This document shows, piece by piece, positions 19,601 to 27,975 of a DNA stretch of 64,000 nucleotides; the first letter of the stretch is position 1; every line of letters starts with the position of its first letter. The notes beneath the pieces are model-generated. The model was not told the DNA's origin. It saw only the letters and a list, made by a program, of their open reading frames with translations, and did not search any database. Origin of the DNA: Chloroflexota bacterium (GTDB lineage Bacteria > Chloroflexota > Anaerolineae > Aggregatilineales > J027). The position numbers and the translations under genes were made by a program. Location of the stretch: assembly GCA_003697365.1 (NCBI GenBank), contig RFGP01000037.1:39107-103106 (forward strand), read 5' to 3'.

Positions 19601-19673
19601 TTGGGTTATTGTCAAAGACCGCGCAGGCAATGAAACAACAAGTTCAGTGATTGACGTACCAATAACCCCTTAA
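16608..19673 (+). CDS. Class A penicillin-binding protein (PBP1A-type transglycosylase/transpeptidase) with C-terminal Ig-like extension
   Basis: GT51 motifs EDARFY and GASTITQQLVRN. Transpeptidase motifs STFK, SYN and KTGTT. About 190 extra C-terminal residues with a beta-rich Ig-like sequence. Confidence 0.9.
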   Translation: MPKHTSSRTARIIRQRRKHRSQRYGTAAKVGTWLGCGFGSIFALFIGGLLTSVITVLGIYAIYARQLPPPEAIVSAQAQNFQTTIFYDRTGKFKIYEVIDPNGGDREYITLDEMPEYLLWATIAIEDARFYSNPGFDPEGIFRAAFVNLTSQQIQGASTITQQLVRNQLLSSEERTAQTVDRKLKEIILAAELSRLYSKDQILEWYLNTNFYGNLAYGVEAAAQVYFDKSARELTLAESAILAAIPQSPGINPLDNPELSVQRQRVVLNEMLKQGFITRAQYDAALNETLVLRPFATRFDITAPHFALYARNEAERILDNMGLDGTDLILGGGLRIYTTLDLDLQRQLECVARSHVGRLNRNDPSYSHNTNNAQPCAAVEFLPPPDPELLSTQRRVDNASGIILRANTGEIVAMLGSLDFWNTSIGGEYNASLAQRQPASTFKPFVYVTAFINPIGSTRVITPATMTYDVLTEFDNGGPEPYIPYNIDRRFNGPVSIRNALARSYNVPAVQVLSWVGLRPVLVTAHSMGINSMNENISNYGLALALGTAEASLLDMTYAYNVFNNNGYMVGTPVPSLEARVGYRQLNPVSILRIEDANGKILWEYSTDFGTFDRRAVLEPGMAYMITDILSDNNARLSNSFPPGNPLELSRPAAVKTGTTDDFRDSWAIGYTPQYTVGIWVGNTDNTTMTDITGLTGAAPIWHAIMEYIHTSKGLPVEVWERPSTIVEQDVCMLSGLLPNGNCPTVREIFYYDATRGIDYRPNQVDPYWVTLRVNACNNTLAVASSPQECVTERQYFQYPDELLEWARVAGVELAPTVYDTTNDTPLFSEAAIFEPTLLQHLRGTIEIRGNALNENLSFYRLELGVGNTPSTWQQISPDNTIGGANITLGTWDTTQVTDGLYTLRLTVIRTDGTSEFATREVIVDNTPPTVSLISPVAGQTYSATKDVYIELSAEPFDNRQTALVEFYVDGELVVSRTESPYVYRWEIPTDQQGTVSFWVIVKDRAGNETTSSVIDVPITP

Positions 19674-20038
19674 CGACTTAGAAGATTAACAATCTCTTCT
19701 CGTAAACGCGCTGGTGTAATCGGCTTAATGAGAAAGGTGGTTGCACCAGCGCTTAGTGCATCTTCACGCACATGAGAGGCACTATAACCCGTGTAGATTA
19801 CGACAGGAATATGAGCAGTTACCTCATCAGAAACAAGTCGTTTACATGCTTCTAAGCCATTCATATTGGGCATATCATAATCCATCAAAATCACTTGTGG
19901 CTGTTCTGCACGTGCCAACTCAATTGCCTGTTCCCCATCTTCAGCTTCGATTACCTCCCACTGATTACGACGCAATGTTAAACCCAAAAGCATTCGCATA
20001 TCAGAAAGGTCGTCCACCACAAGTATCTTCACAGCCAT
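19670..20038 (-). CDS. Stand-alone response-regulator receiver (CheY-like)
   Basis: 122 aa with the receiver signature VVDD...ILMDYDMP...T...FLIKP and no output domain. Confidence 0.85.
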   Translation of the reverse strand: MAVKILVVDDLSDMRMLLGLTLRRNQWEVIEAEDGEQAIELARAEQPQVILMDYDMPNMNGLEACKRLVSDEVTAHIPVVIYTGYSASHVREDALSAGATTFLIKPITPARLREEIVNLLSR

Positions 20039-20062
20039 TTTGAAAAATTACTCCAAAAAATT

Positions 20063-20425
20063 TTAGGTTAACAAACGTTCAATTTCACCAATAAGTTGTG
20101 ACAAATCAATTGGTTTCGTGAGATAAGCATTCGCTCCATTTGCCATAGCTTGCTCAATAACCGTCGAGTCTGTGCGTGCAGAAATAATAATAATGGGCAA
20201 ATCTTTTAGTGCCTCATGCTCGCGCACTCGACGACATAGTTCAATACCGTCAATATCAGGCATCATCAAATCAGAGATAATTAAAGAAGGTGATTCTAAT
20301 TTAGCTAATACTAAACCTTCATCGCCTGCATAGGCTTCAAGCGTGCTATAACCACTAATCTGTAAAAACATCGACAGCATCTCAACTGTAGCCGCCTCGT
20401 CATCAATAATGAGCAGCTTTTTCAC
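20063..20425 (-). CDS. Stand-alone response-regulator receiver (CheY-like)
   Basis: 120 aa with the receiver signature IIDDE...IISDLMMPDIDG...S...YLTKP and no output domain. Confidence 0.85.
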   Translation of the reverse strand: MKKLLIIDDEAATVEMLSMFLQISGYSTLEAYAGDEGLVLAKLESPSLIISDLMMPDIDGIELCRRVREHEALKDLPIIIISARTDSTVIEQAMANGANAYLTKPIDLSQLIGEIERLLT

Positions 20426-21254
20426 GACCGCCTACCGTAACTCGTCTTTCACCTTTAGATAAAGATGGTACACTGATTAAGTGAATATTACCAAACGTTG
20501 CTGAAACTTTCACGGTAATAGCAGGAGAATCAGGATCATATTCTTGGGTCACAATGGCTAAATCAGGCTGTTCTAAATATCGTTTAGAATGACGAATGAT
20601 GCGACACAGTGGCCCAGCCTCCACCCGTATAATTGCAGGAATTCCATCCGGAATCGCCAAACGTACATCACCCAAATTGGAACGCGCAACAACTTCACCA
20701 GCCCTACAATCTGAGCAAATTAAACGAATATCACCTATGCCACTGGCAACATAGGCGCGCTCTACTTGTAAGCCTCGCATATCAATATCTAATTGCCCTA
20801 AGTGGGTGCTGGCTAATAATGTCCATGTCAGGTCTCTTGCCAACTCTATCTGCCAATCAGCAAGAGAAAATAGCCACGTAGTACCTCGTTGCATTTTTAG
20901 TACGGCACGACGATTACGTACTTTGAGAGAAGGACGAGACCGCGCCGTATATTGACCCTCAATAAGACGTTCTGGGTTTCGGGAGGGACGAATTTTGACA
21001 TCAATTTCACCGCTGCTGATTTCAAGCTGCCCTTCAGTGACATTGCCGCGAGTTACCCCAAATGTCTGAGCTTGCCAGCTAGGGGCAATATCACCACGCC
21101 ACAACAGCTGTAACCCTATCCAAATTAACACAATTGGATAGATAGTTTGAATATCAATCTCAATCAATAAAAAGTTGTCAAGCAGGAGTAACGCCCCTGT
21201 GACCACCAATAACAGTGGCCACAGTATGGGCGTTTGTCCAACTGAAGTTCGCAT
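20403..21254 (-). CDS. LiaF-like / DUF4097-type (toast-rack) membrane protein
   Basis: Two N-terminal TM helices (PILWPLLLVVTGALLLLDNF...), then a beta-rich domain with reiterated GDIRL / GDVRL / GNIHL strands. The family call is by resemblance only. Confidence 0.5.
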   Translation of the reverse strand: MRTSVGQTPILWPLLLVVTGALLLLDNFLLIEIDIQTIYPIVLIWIGLQLLWRGDIAPSWQAQTFGVTRGNVTEGQLEISSGEIDVKIRPSRNPERLIEGQYTARSRPSLKVRNRRAVLKMQRGTTWLFSLADWQIELARDLTWTLLASTHLGQLDIDMRGLQVERAYVASGIGDIRLICSDCRAGEVVARSNLGDVRLAIPDGIPAIIRVEAGPLCRIIRHSKRYLEQPDLAIVTQEYDPDSPAITVKVSATFGNIHLISVPSLSKGERRVTVGGREKAAHY

Positions 21255-21271
21255 CGTTGCGACAACCAGCC

Positions 21272-22528
21272 TTAGCGTAAATAATCAATTAACAAAGTAT
21301 GTGCAGACGACCGTCGTAAACGGTTTAGGGCCTGCGCCTCTAATTGTCGCACACGTTCACGAGTTACGCCAATCTGTTTCCCAACTTCTTCTAGCGTGTG
21401 GGTTTCGCCATCTTCTAACCCATAACGTAGGCGCAAAATGTGTGCTTCACGCTCAGGTAAGCGTGCTAAGACTTGATCAAGTTGTTCACGCAACAAGTTT
21501 TGCATAGTTAGCTCATCAGGAGCAGGGCTAGTAGTATCTTCAATGAAATCACCCAGATCAGTATCGCCTTCTTCGTCAATGGGCGTATCAAGACTCATAG
21601 GGCGGCGTGAAATCTCAATCAGCTGATAAATTTTATCAGGCGTTGTTTCCATACGCTCAGCAATTTCTTCAGGTGTTGGTTCACGACCTAAAATTTGTTG
21701 CAACTCTAGGGTAATGCGGCGCATTTTATTGAGCTGATCACCCATATGCACCGGAACGCGAATCGTACGCCCTTGATCGGCAACAGCACGACTCACGGCT
21801 TGGCGAATCCACCATGTGGCATAAGTACTGAATTTATGCCGACGTTGATATTCAAATTTACGAACAGCACGAATCAGGCCTATATTACCCTCTTGAATCA
21901 AATCCAAAAATGGAACACCGCGCCCCACAAACTTTTTTGCCACACTAATGACTAGGCGAGAATTTGCACGAATGAGGTGTTCGCGGGCAATCTTACCATC
22001 TTCGATGATGTTCACTAAACGATCAATGGTATCAGGATCAAGCTCATCGCCATATTCATCAAGCTGAGCTTGGGCCAACTCTGCGGCCTCCATGCGCTTA
22101 GCTAGCATCACCTCTTCTTCTGCAGTCAACAACGGGATATGACCAGCCTCCTTGAGATAAAGGCCAACCACATCGTCAGAATCAATTGCCTGTTGATACC
22201 CCGCATCTTTCAATAAGTCTGGGGTCAACAGTTCAATTTCTGACATAGCTTCTTCTTCATCCAGCACAATTTCTTCGAGTGCCTCGATGTCGAAATCCGT
22301 CATTTCTTCGTCATCGGGGCCATGTTCTACGGCAATGCCAGCTTCCATCAATTCTTCCACAATACGATCCAATTCATTCGGATTGGTCTTCGCTTCTGGA
22401 ATGAGCTTGAAGATGTCGTCATAGGTGACAAAGCCGTTTTCATTGGCAATAGTAGTTAATTGTTGCTGAACCATCGACAACTCGCTCATTTTGTTATTTA
22501 CCGTCAATTCCATCGCTTTCGCTACCAT
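21272..22528 (-). CDS. rpoD: Primary-type RNA polymerase sigma-70 factor
   Basis: Acidic N-terminal region, region 2 with [30 protein letters not shown], and region 4 with [24 protein letters not shown]. The exact start is uncertain: Met codons at 22528, 22513 and 22489. Confidence 0.85.
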   Translation of the reverse strand: MVAKAMELTVNNKMSELSMVQQQLTTIANENGFVTYDDIFKLIPEAKTNPNELDRIVEELMEAGIAVEHGPDDEEMTDFDIEALEEIVLDEEEAMSEIELLTPDLLKDAGYQQAIDSDDVVGLYLKEAGHIPLLTAEEEVMLAKRMEAAELAQAQLDEYGDELDPDTIDRLVNIIEDGKIAREHLIRANSRLVISVAKKFVGRGVPFLDLIQEGNIGLIRAVRKFEYQRRHKFSTYATWWIRQAVSRAVADQGRTIRVPVHMGDQLNKMRRITLELQQILGREPTPEEIAERMETTPDKIYQLIEISRRPMSLDTPIDEEGDTDLGDFIEDTTSPAPDELTMQNLLREQLDQVLARLPEREAHILRLRYGLEDGETHTLEEVGKQIGVTRERVRQLEAQALNRLRRSSAHTLLIDYLR

Positions 22529-22577
22529 GGTAATCCTGCTTTATGTCTCCTAGAAACTATCGATTGGGTTCTGATGT

Positions 22578-22602
22578 TAAAAAGCCCTACCACTGCGGTA
22601 GG
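22578..22602 (-). terminator. Rho-independent terminator closing the ABC/GldG-like operon
   Basis: Minus strand: CCTACC-GCAGT-GGTAGG, followed by GCTTTTTAA. Located 35 nt after the stop of the 22637..23236 gene. Confidence 0.55.
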
Positions 22603-22636
22603 ACTTCCAGACAAACCAGCGCAGTATCACTTTTCG

Positions 22637-23236
22637 TTAACTGTCTGGTGTCTGGCCCTGCCCAGTTTGCATTATTGAAGCGTATCGTTCGACCATTAGC
22701 ATTAATTGTTGTACATAAAACTGTGGTATCACATAGACCCATTCACCTTGAACGGCGTTGGTACTAGGATTAACGAACACAGCATAATACTCCTGATTAT
22801 TTGGAGTAGTTGTCCCTATATAAATGCTATAGGTCATGATACTATCGCTGAAAGCAGAGCTTTCAAAACTTACCACAAGTTGCGGGTTTTCCGTTAGTTC
22901 ATATTGTACTAAGTCTTGGGTGGAACTGAACCTAGTCAATTGTCTAAACGGTATACCAGCAACCATACTCGATATTTGCTCTGGCAAGGACGAGTTCGTG
23001 AGTATAACGCCTTGAATTCGATCTTGCCAAGAGCCATCTGGTTGACGTACTATACTTACACGTAAATCGTCAGACCGACTTAGCTCTACCCCCACAATAT
23101 CATCACCCAAAATCCCTAAAAACTGATAGCGACGTTCTAGGGTGGTGCTTTCTTGAGACTGTGGCGGCCCGTTTACAATCAGATAGACTACCATTAGTAT
23201 AGCAAAAACTATCAGAAAAGCATTAAATCTACTCAT
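22637..23236 (-). CDS. Membrane-anchored protein, DUF4340-like (usual partner of GldG-type proteins)
   Basis: 199 aa with an N-terminal TM helix. It is the last gene of the ABC operon, 6 nt after the GldG-like gene. The family call is tentative. Confidence 0.45.
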   Translation of the reverse strand: MSRFNAFLIVFAILMVVYLIVNGPPQSQESTTLERRYQFLGILGDDIVGVELSRSDDLRVSIVRQPDGSWQDRIQGVILTNSSLPEQISSMVAGIPFRQLTRFSSTQDLVQYELTENPQLVVSFESSAFSDSIMTYSIYIGTTTPNNQEYYAVFVNPSTNAVQGEWVYVIPQFYVQQLMLMVERYASIMQTGQGQTPDS

Positions 23237-23242
23237 AATTCA

Positions 23243-24991
23243 TCAAATTCTTTGCCGAACCACCCAAACAACCCCGCCAACAAGCAATACAATACTCGGC
23301 AAGATGAATAGAGTTATAAACTGAATACGCGATAGTTCCTTTGAAGTTGCGTACAATGGCAATAAATCAGGGCGAGAAGCCACGTCAATTTCAGCTAAAT
23401 CAGCATAGCCAGTCAACCATTCCGCAATATTAGCCCACAATAAAATATTGCCCAAAACACCATCAGAGCCATCTTCTGGTGAAATATACAAGTTTGCCAA
23501 CCAATCGCTATCACCTATTAAAATAATGCGTGGTTGTACTTCTTGTTCCAATTCATTAACACGATAAATAGCAGTTGCTAGAACTTGATCGCCTGCATCA
23601 TCAACATTTGGATCAAATTCTGACAAATTTCCTAAATCAACCACTTGTAAATTACGTTCACCAAATGCTGATGTAGCTGCCAAAATCATGATTGAGCGCA
23701 CGTATTCTGCCTGTTTTTCTGTGGGTTGTTCAACAATATCTAGAGACCGTGCGAGTGTCATCACCATTGGCACATTTTGAAAATCACGAAGTGGCGGAGA
23801 GCCTGTATTGACTCGTAACCCCGTCAAAATAAACTCATTTCGTGCCGAAGAGGCGGGATCAGCAACAAGATTTTCTCGGAAGCGAACACCAAAAGTCTCC
23901 CATAAGTAGGTATTGAATGAATCGCCTTCTAACATAAATCGATTCGGCAGTGTGCTATCACGGCTATCAGCATAAGGTGGGTCTGCAAGCACCAACATGC
24001 GTCCACCGCGCTCAATATAATCAGCAATTTTGTCTACTTGTGCTTGGCTATAAGGTGCTTGTGCCCCAAGAATGACAATTGCGGTTGCATCTTCTGGAAT
24101 AGCTTCTACATCTTGAAGGCGTAAAGTGTCTACTAAAATCCCTCGTTCTCGCAAAATCAATGCAGCAGCAGAATATCCCACATCACTTTCTATTGTAATA
24201 TCTGCCTCAAGTTGCCCTTGAATGAAATAGACCTTAAATTCACCAGCTAATGAAATCCGCAACATTGCGTTCTGCACATTGCGTTCAGTAGGTTCACCTA
24301 TATTTTCGACAGTCAGCAATTGATCGCCGTCATATAAGGCTAAAAAGATGGGGCCACTTGTAATTTGGGTGTTATCAAAAATCACACTATAACCAAATTG
24401 ACGCGCTAATAGTGGGTTTACGTCTGGATCATAGAATTCAAGCCGTAGCCCAGCCGTACTAGCTTCTACATACTGACGCAATAAAAACTCTGCTGATTTT
24501 TGATCACGCAATTGTTCGCGCGTATAAAACCCAACCAGTCGAAAATGCAAGTCTGATTCAATCCCAGCGCTTTCAGCCTGTGCGGAAAGCACCCTTAGAC
24601 GATTTTCAATATTTTCAAGTACATTAATTGAGGGTTGGCTGATGGTATAGTTCTGTGTCTCTGTTAAGTCGATAATCACATTTTGCTCTACGGCCAATGA
24701 ATAGCCAACAGTCGCTATAGCAATTACAATGAGTGTCAAGATAAAGCTACCAATACCATAATACACTTGCCGCCCCATTAACCAATCACGCAACTCGTCT
24801 GGTGCCAAGACAAGCCAAATGGAAAGCCCGCCTAATCCAATCACAAGTAAGACAAATACAGGTGTCGTTAAAGCTGACTCACTAAGATAAACAATCAGCG
24901 CTGCTAATAATGCAATGCTACCTAAAATAGCCGCTGTGTGTGCCACACGTCGGATCGTAAAATTTGGAATTACTCGTTGTATAAACGACAT
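23243..24991 (-). CDS. GldG-like ABC-transporter auxiliary membrane protein (ABC_transp_aux family)
   Basis: N-terminal TM bundle, a large extracytoplasmic domain (TAIVILGAQAPYSQAQVDKIADYIERGGRMLVLADP) and a C-terminal TM helix. ATG at 24991; the track start at 24994 is a TTG. Confidence 0.65.
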   Translation of the reverse strand: MSFIQRVIPNFTIRRVAHTAAILGSIALLAALIVYLSESALTTPVFVLLVIGLGGLSIWLVLAPDELRDWLMGRQVYYGIGSFILTLIVIAIATVGYSLAVEQNVIIDLTETQNYTISQPSINVLENIENRLRVLSAQAESAGIESDLHFRLVGFYTREQLRDQKSAEFLLRQYVEASTAGLRLEFYDPDVNPLLARQFGYSVIFDNTQITSGPIFLALYDGDQLLTVENIGEPTERNVQNAMLRISLAGEFKVYFIQGQLEADITIESDVGYSAAALILRERGILVDTLRLQDVEAIPEDATAIVILGAQAPYSQAQVDKIADYIERGGRMLVLADPPYADSRDSTLPNRFMLEGDSFNTYLWETFGVRFRENLVADPASSARNEFILTGLRVNTGSPPLRDFQNVPMVMTLARSLDIVEQPTEKQAEYVRSIMILAATSAFGERNLQVVDLGNLSEFDPNVDDAGDQVLATAIYRVNELEQEVQPRIILIGDSDWLANLYISPEDGSDGVLGNILLWANIAEWLTGYADLAEIDVASRPDLLPLYATSKELSRIQFITLFILPSIVLLVGGVVWVVRQRI

Positions 24992-24994
24992 CAA

Positions 24995-25780
24995 CTAACG
25001 CCACCTCCGTGACTCAACGAGACGTGTAGTAACAAATAGCGACACAACCATAATAGCGATATAAAAATACATATCTTCCAAAACGATTAGGCCGCGCAAA
25101 AACGAAGACGAATAATGAGACTGAAGGCTAATCACTCGCAAAGCCTCAACAACTTCTGTGCTAAGAATAGAAGCAGGTACAAGGCCGGCAATATCGCCCA
25201 CCCATAACATAAGGAGAACAGCCATGCTCAAAAAAGCCGCAACAATTTGATTTTCCGTCATTGCCGAGAACATCAGCCCAATAGCAATGGTGGCACCGCC
25301 ATACAAAAAAATACCAATATAAGCAGCAATAATCTGCCCTATATCTACCCTAGAACGTAAAGGAAATCCTTCTGGCCCAAAATTGGTGATCGAAAGCAAG
25401 GCCCCCTCAAAAACGAGCGTCAATGCCAACAACACACAATAATAAACCCATGCCCCTAAAAACTTACCTATTACTAAATCCACATCACGAGTAGGCATGG
25501 TCATCAACAATTCTAAAGTGCCTTCACGAGCTTCTTCGGCAAACAAGCGCATAGTTAATAGTGGTGCAAAAAAAACCATCAAAAATGCAAAATTGCTCAA
25601 TACAAGTGTGGCATCTGGGCGCAGTTGATTAGCAACCCGATAATCCAAATCTGTATTGAAACTTAGCCCTAAAAGTAGCAAAACCGCAAAAGCCACTAAA
25701 TAGGCTATCGGCGATACGAAGTATTGCCGAATTTCGCGCTTAAAAATTGTCCAAATATTTCTCATCGATCGATTTCTCAC
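24995..25780 (-). CDS. ABC-2 type permease (GldF-like)
   Basis: 261 aa with about 6 TM segments. The GTG start overlaps the ATPase stop (GTGA at 25777-25780); an alternative ATG is at 25765. Confidence 0.7.
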   Translation of the reverse strand: MRNRSMRNIWTIFKREIRQYFVSPIAYLVAFAVLLLLGLSFNTDLDYRVANQLRPDATLVLSNFAFLMVFFAPLLTMRLFAEEAREGTLELLMTMPTRDVDLVIGKFLGAWVYYCVLLALTLVFEGALLSITNFGPEGFPLRSRVDIGQIIAAYIGIFLYGGATIAIGLMFSAMTENQIVAAFLSMAVLLMLWVGDIAGLVPASILSTEVVEALRVISLQSHYSSSFLRGLIVLEDMYFYIAIMVVSLFVTTRLVESRRWR

Positions 25781-26691
25781 TGACGAGTGTATTCTAAGAA
25801 AATGTCTTCTAAAGTGATGGCAAGCGGGCGCAATTCAAGTAAATTAAGGCCTTGCTCAAGTATGGCTTTGGCAAGCGACGGGCGAATTTCCACATTATTC
25901 TTCGCCGTGACTACAAAACCACCTTGAAACGCTTCGCTTTTCTCTACGCCATTGAGCGTATTCAACATATTTAAGAGCTTTTTCTCGTCAAATCGCCCTT
26001 GTATACGAACAAAAACACGTGTGTTATCCTGCACTTTTTCGCGCAATTCATCAGGACGGCCCTCTGCTACAATATTGCCACGATTAATAATAACCACCCG
26101 ATCACAAACCTGCTCAGCTTCTGTCAATACATGGGTGCTGAACATAATAGTATGTTGCCGCCCAAGCTGTTGAATAATCGTTCTTAACTCTGCTACTTGT
26201 TGAGGATCAAGCCCGATAGTTGGCTCATCTAAAATAAGAACAGGTGGATTATGCACAAGTGCTTGTGCTAGGCCTACTCTTTGGCGCATTCCTTTTGATA
26301 AAGTGCGGATGAGGCTCTTCGCACGATGGGCCATGCCCACCATTTCAAGCACTTCTTCGGCACGTTGCCGACGATTCTTCAAACCGCGCATTTCAGCGAC
26401 AAATTCAACATATCCGCGCACAGTCATATCAGGATATAAGCGAACTAGTTCGGGTAAATAACCGATACGTTGGCGCACTTGCAAGGACTGCTCAAAAACA
26501 TCAAACCCCGCCACACGAGCTTGACCATCTGTTGGCGGCATATAGCCTGTGAGAATGCGCATCGTGGTGGTTTTTCCAGCACCATTGGGCCCCAAAAAAC
26601 CTAAAATCTCGCCTTCTTCGGCTTTAAAGGAGATATGATTCAAAGCCGTAAAATCTCCAAAACGTTTCACCAATCCTTGTACTTCTATCAT
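25777..26691 (-). CDS. ABC transporter ATP-binding protein (GldA-like, ABC-2 subfamily)
   Basis: Walker A GPNGAGKTT, signature LSKGMRQR and Walker B LILDEPT. ATGA overlap with the upstream gene at 26688-26691. Confidence 0.9.
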   Translation of the reverse strand: MIEVQGLVKRFGDFTALNHISFKAEEGEILGFLGPNGAGKTTTMRILTGYMPPTDGQARVAGFDVFEQSLQVRQRIGYLPELVRLYPDMTVRGYVEFVAEMRGLKNRRQRAEEVLEMVGMAHRAKSLIRTLSKGMRQRVGLAQALVHNPPVLILDEPTIGLDPQQVAELRTIIQQLGRQHTIMFSTHVLTEAEQVCDRVVIINRGNIVAEGRPDELREKVQDNTRVFVRIQGRFDEKKLLNMLNTLNGVEKSEAFQGGFVVTAKNNVEIRPSLAKAILEQGLNLLELRPLAITLEDIFLEYTRQ

Positions 26692-27842
26692 ACCTGTACC
26701 TTTTCAGGTGCCTGTTCATTGATTATCTGTATAATTGTTTGGACAAATCGCTTTGTTTTTTCTAAGGTCTCTTGATTAATAATCGCGATCGAATCTTCTG
26801 CTCGATGCCACCCTACAGGCACGTTATCAGCACGGTCATAACCCATAATCGCCACAGCATTGAGATGATGGGCAAGCAATGGGCGTGAGGGATTTAACAC
26901 GGCCAAAGTGCGCCCCATAATACCATCCGCACGATGTTTTTGAGCTGCTGCTTCAACATAATGTACAACGCTATATTCTGGTTGCTCACTTATATTTTCT
27001 TTTACCCAACAGACTTCACCAGAACCTACGCTATCAAGAACAATCCAATATGCATCTTGCCACTCTTTTAAGTGATTGGCCGCTAGTTCTGCACTTCCAC
27101 GCCCGTTTACCGTGTCGCTAGTGGTAAAAGCAAAGATCACTTCGGTGTAAGGTAAAGGATGCAATGCAAGTTGTTCTGCCAAACTCAACAATACAGCCAC
27201 ACCAGAAGCATTGTCATTTGCACCATCGCTGTAATCAGATAAGCGGTCTAAGCCCATTAACAAACTGACACTAATCATCGCCAAACGAATCAAACGACGC
27301 ATCCATCGCCAACTTTTATGAACTGGTAATGTTGCACCCCAAATCATAAGGTGCTGCAAAGCGCGAACAGGTTCAACAGTCATCAGTTGTCGCACAATAG
27401 GTTGCGCAGAAAACCTCACTTTTTCCGTATCAAGATGAGCGATCAGCACAACTCGGTGACGAGTTTCCTCTTGTGCAGGTATTCGTCCCAACACATTTTC
27501 AGCACGCTGTTCTGGCACTATAAACTCCCACCATGCCGATTGACCATCGAGTGTTTGCTTTCCCCCCCAAACCGCTAAGCCAATCAGCGGCAGCCCCAAT
27601 TGGCGCACCCAAGATTTACCACGTGTTGTTAGCGCCAGCCCAATTAGCCCAAGCGCAATCTGTGGTTGAATCTGCTGCCATGTACTGTGTGGACTGAAAA
27701 AAGGCTCTCGCCACGTTTCTACACCGATCTTTTGCAATCGTTCAAATACATAATCAGCAGCAGCATCGGCTTCTTGTGACAAGGGAGGTCGCGCTCCAAT
27801 CACCGTTGCGAGATGGTGAATATCTGCCTGCATATCGGTCAT
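26688..27842 (-). CDS. M28-peptidase-like protein with hydrophobic insertions and a degenerate catalytic motif
   Basis: M28 motifs IAHLDT, GANDNASG, VLDSVG and WHRAEDS are present. The expected EE catalytic pair reads SD (TTSDTVNGRGS). Confidence 0.55.
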   Translation of the reverse strand: MTDMQADIHHLATVIGARPPLSQEADAAADYVFERLQKIGVETWREPFFSPHSTWQQIQPQIALGLIGLALTTRGKSWVRQLGLPLIGLAVWGGKQTLDGQSAWWEFIVPEQRAENVLGRIPAQEETRHRVVLIAHLDTEKVRFSAQPIVRQLMTVEPVRALQHLMIWGATLPVHKSWRWMRRLIRLAMISVSLLMGLDRLSDYSDGANDNASGVAVLLSLAEQLALHPLPYTEVIFAFTTSDTVNGRGSAELAANHLKEWQDAYWIVLDSVGSGEVCWVKENISEQPEYSVVHYVEAAAQKHRADGIMGRTLAVLNPSRPLLAHHLNAVAIMGYDRADNVPVGWHRAEDSIAIINQETLEKTKRFVQTIIQIINEQAPEKVQV

Positions 27843-27975
27843 TTTATTGTTTCCTCTCGCTCAATAGACTTTTCCCAATTTTGACCTGATAGGGAACTTT
27901 TAACAACCCATCAACGTTTGCTCTATAACAAACAACTTCATGGGTTATAGCAACAATCAACAAAGGAGCTTAAAC

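Noticed and set aside
27562-27568. Homopolymeric C7/G7 tracts inside coding regions (also near 48205 and 58150), considered as phase-variation switches.
   Set aside because: They simply encode Gly-Gly (GGG GGx) in conserved motifs, and seven bases is short for slipped-strand switching.
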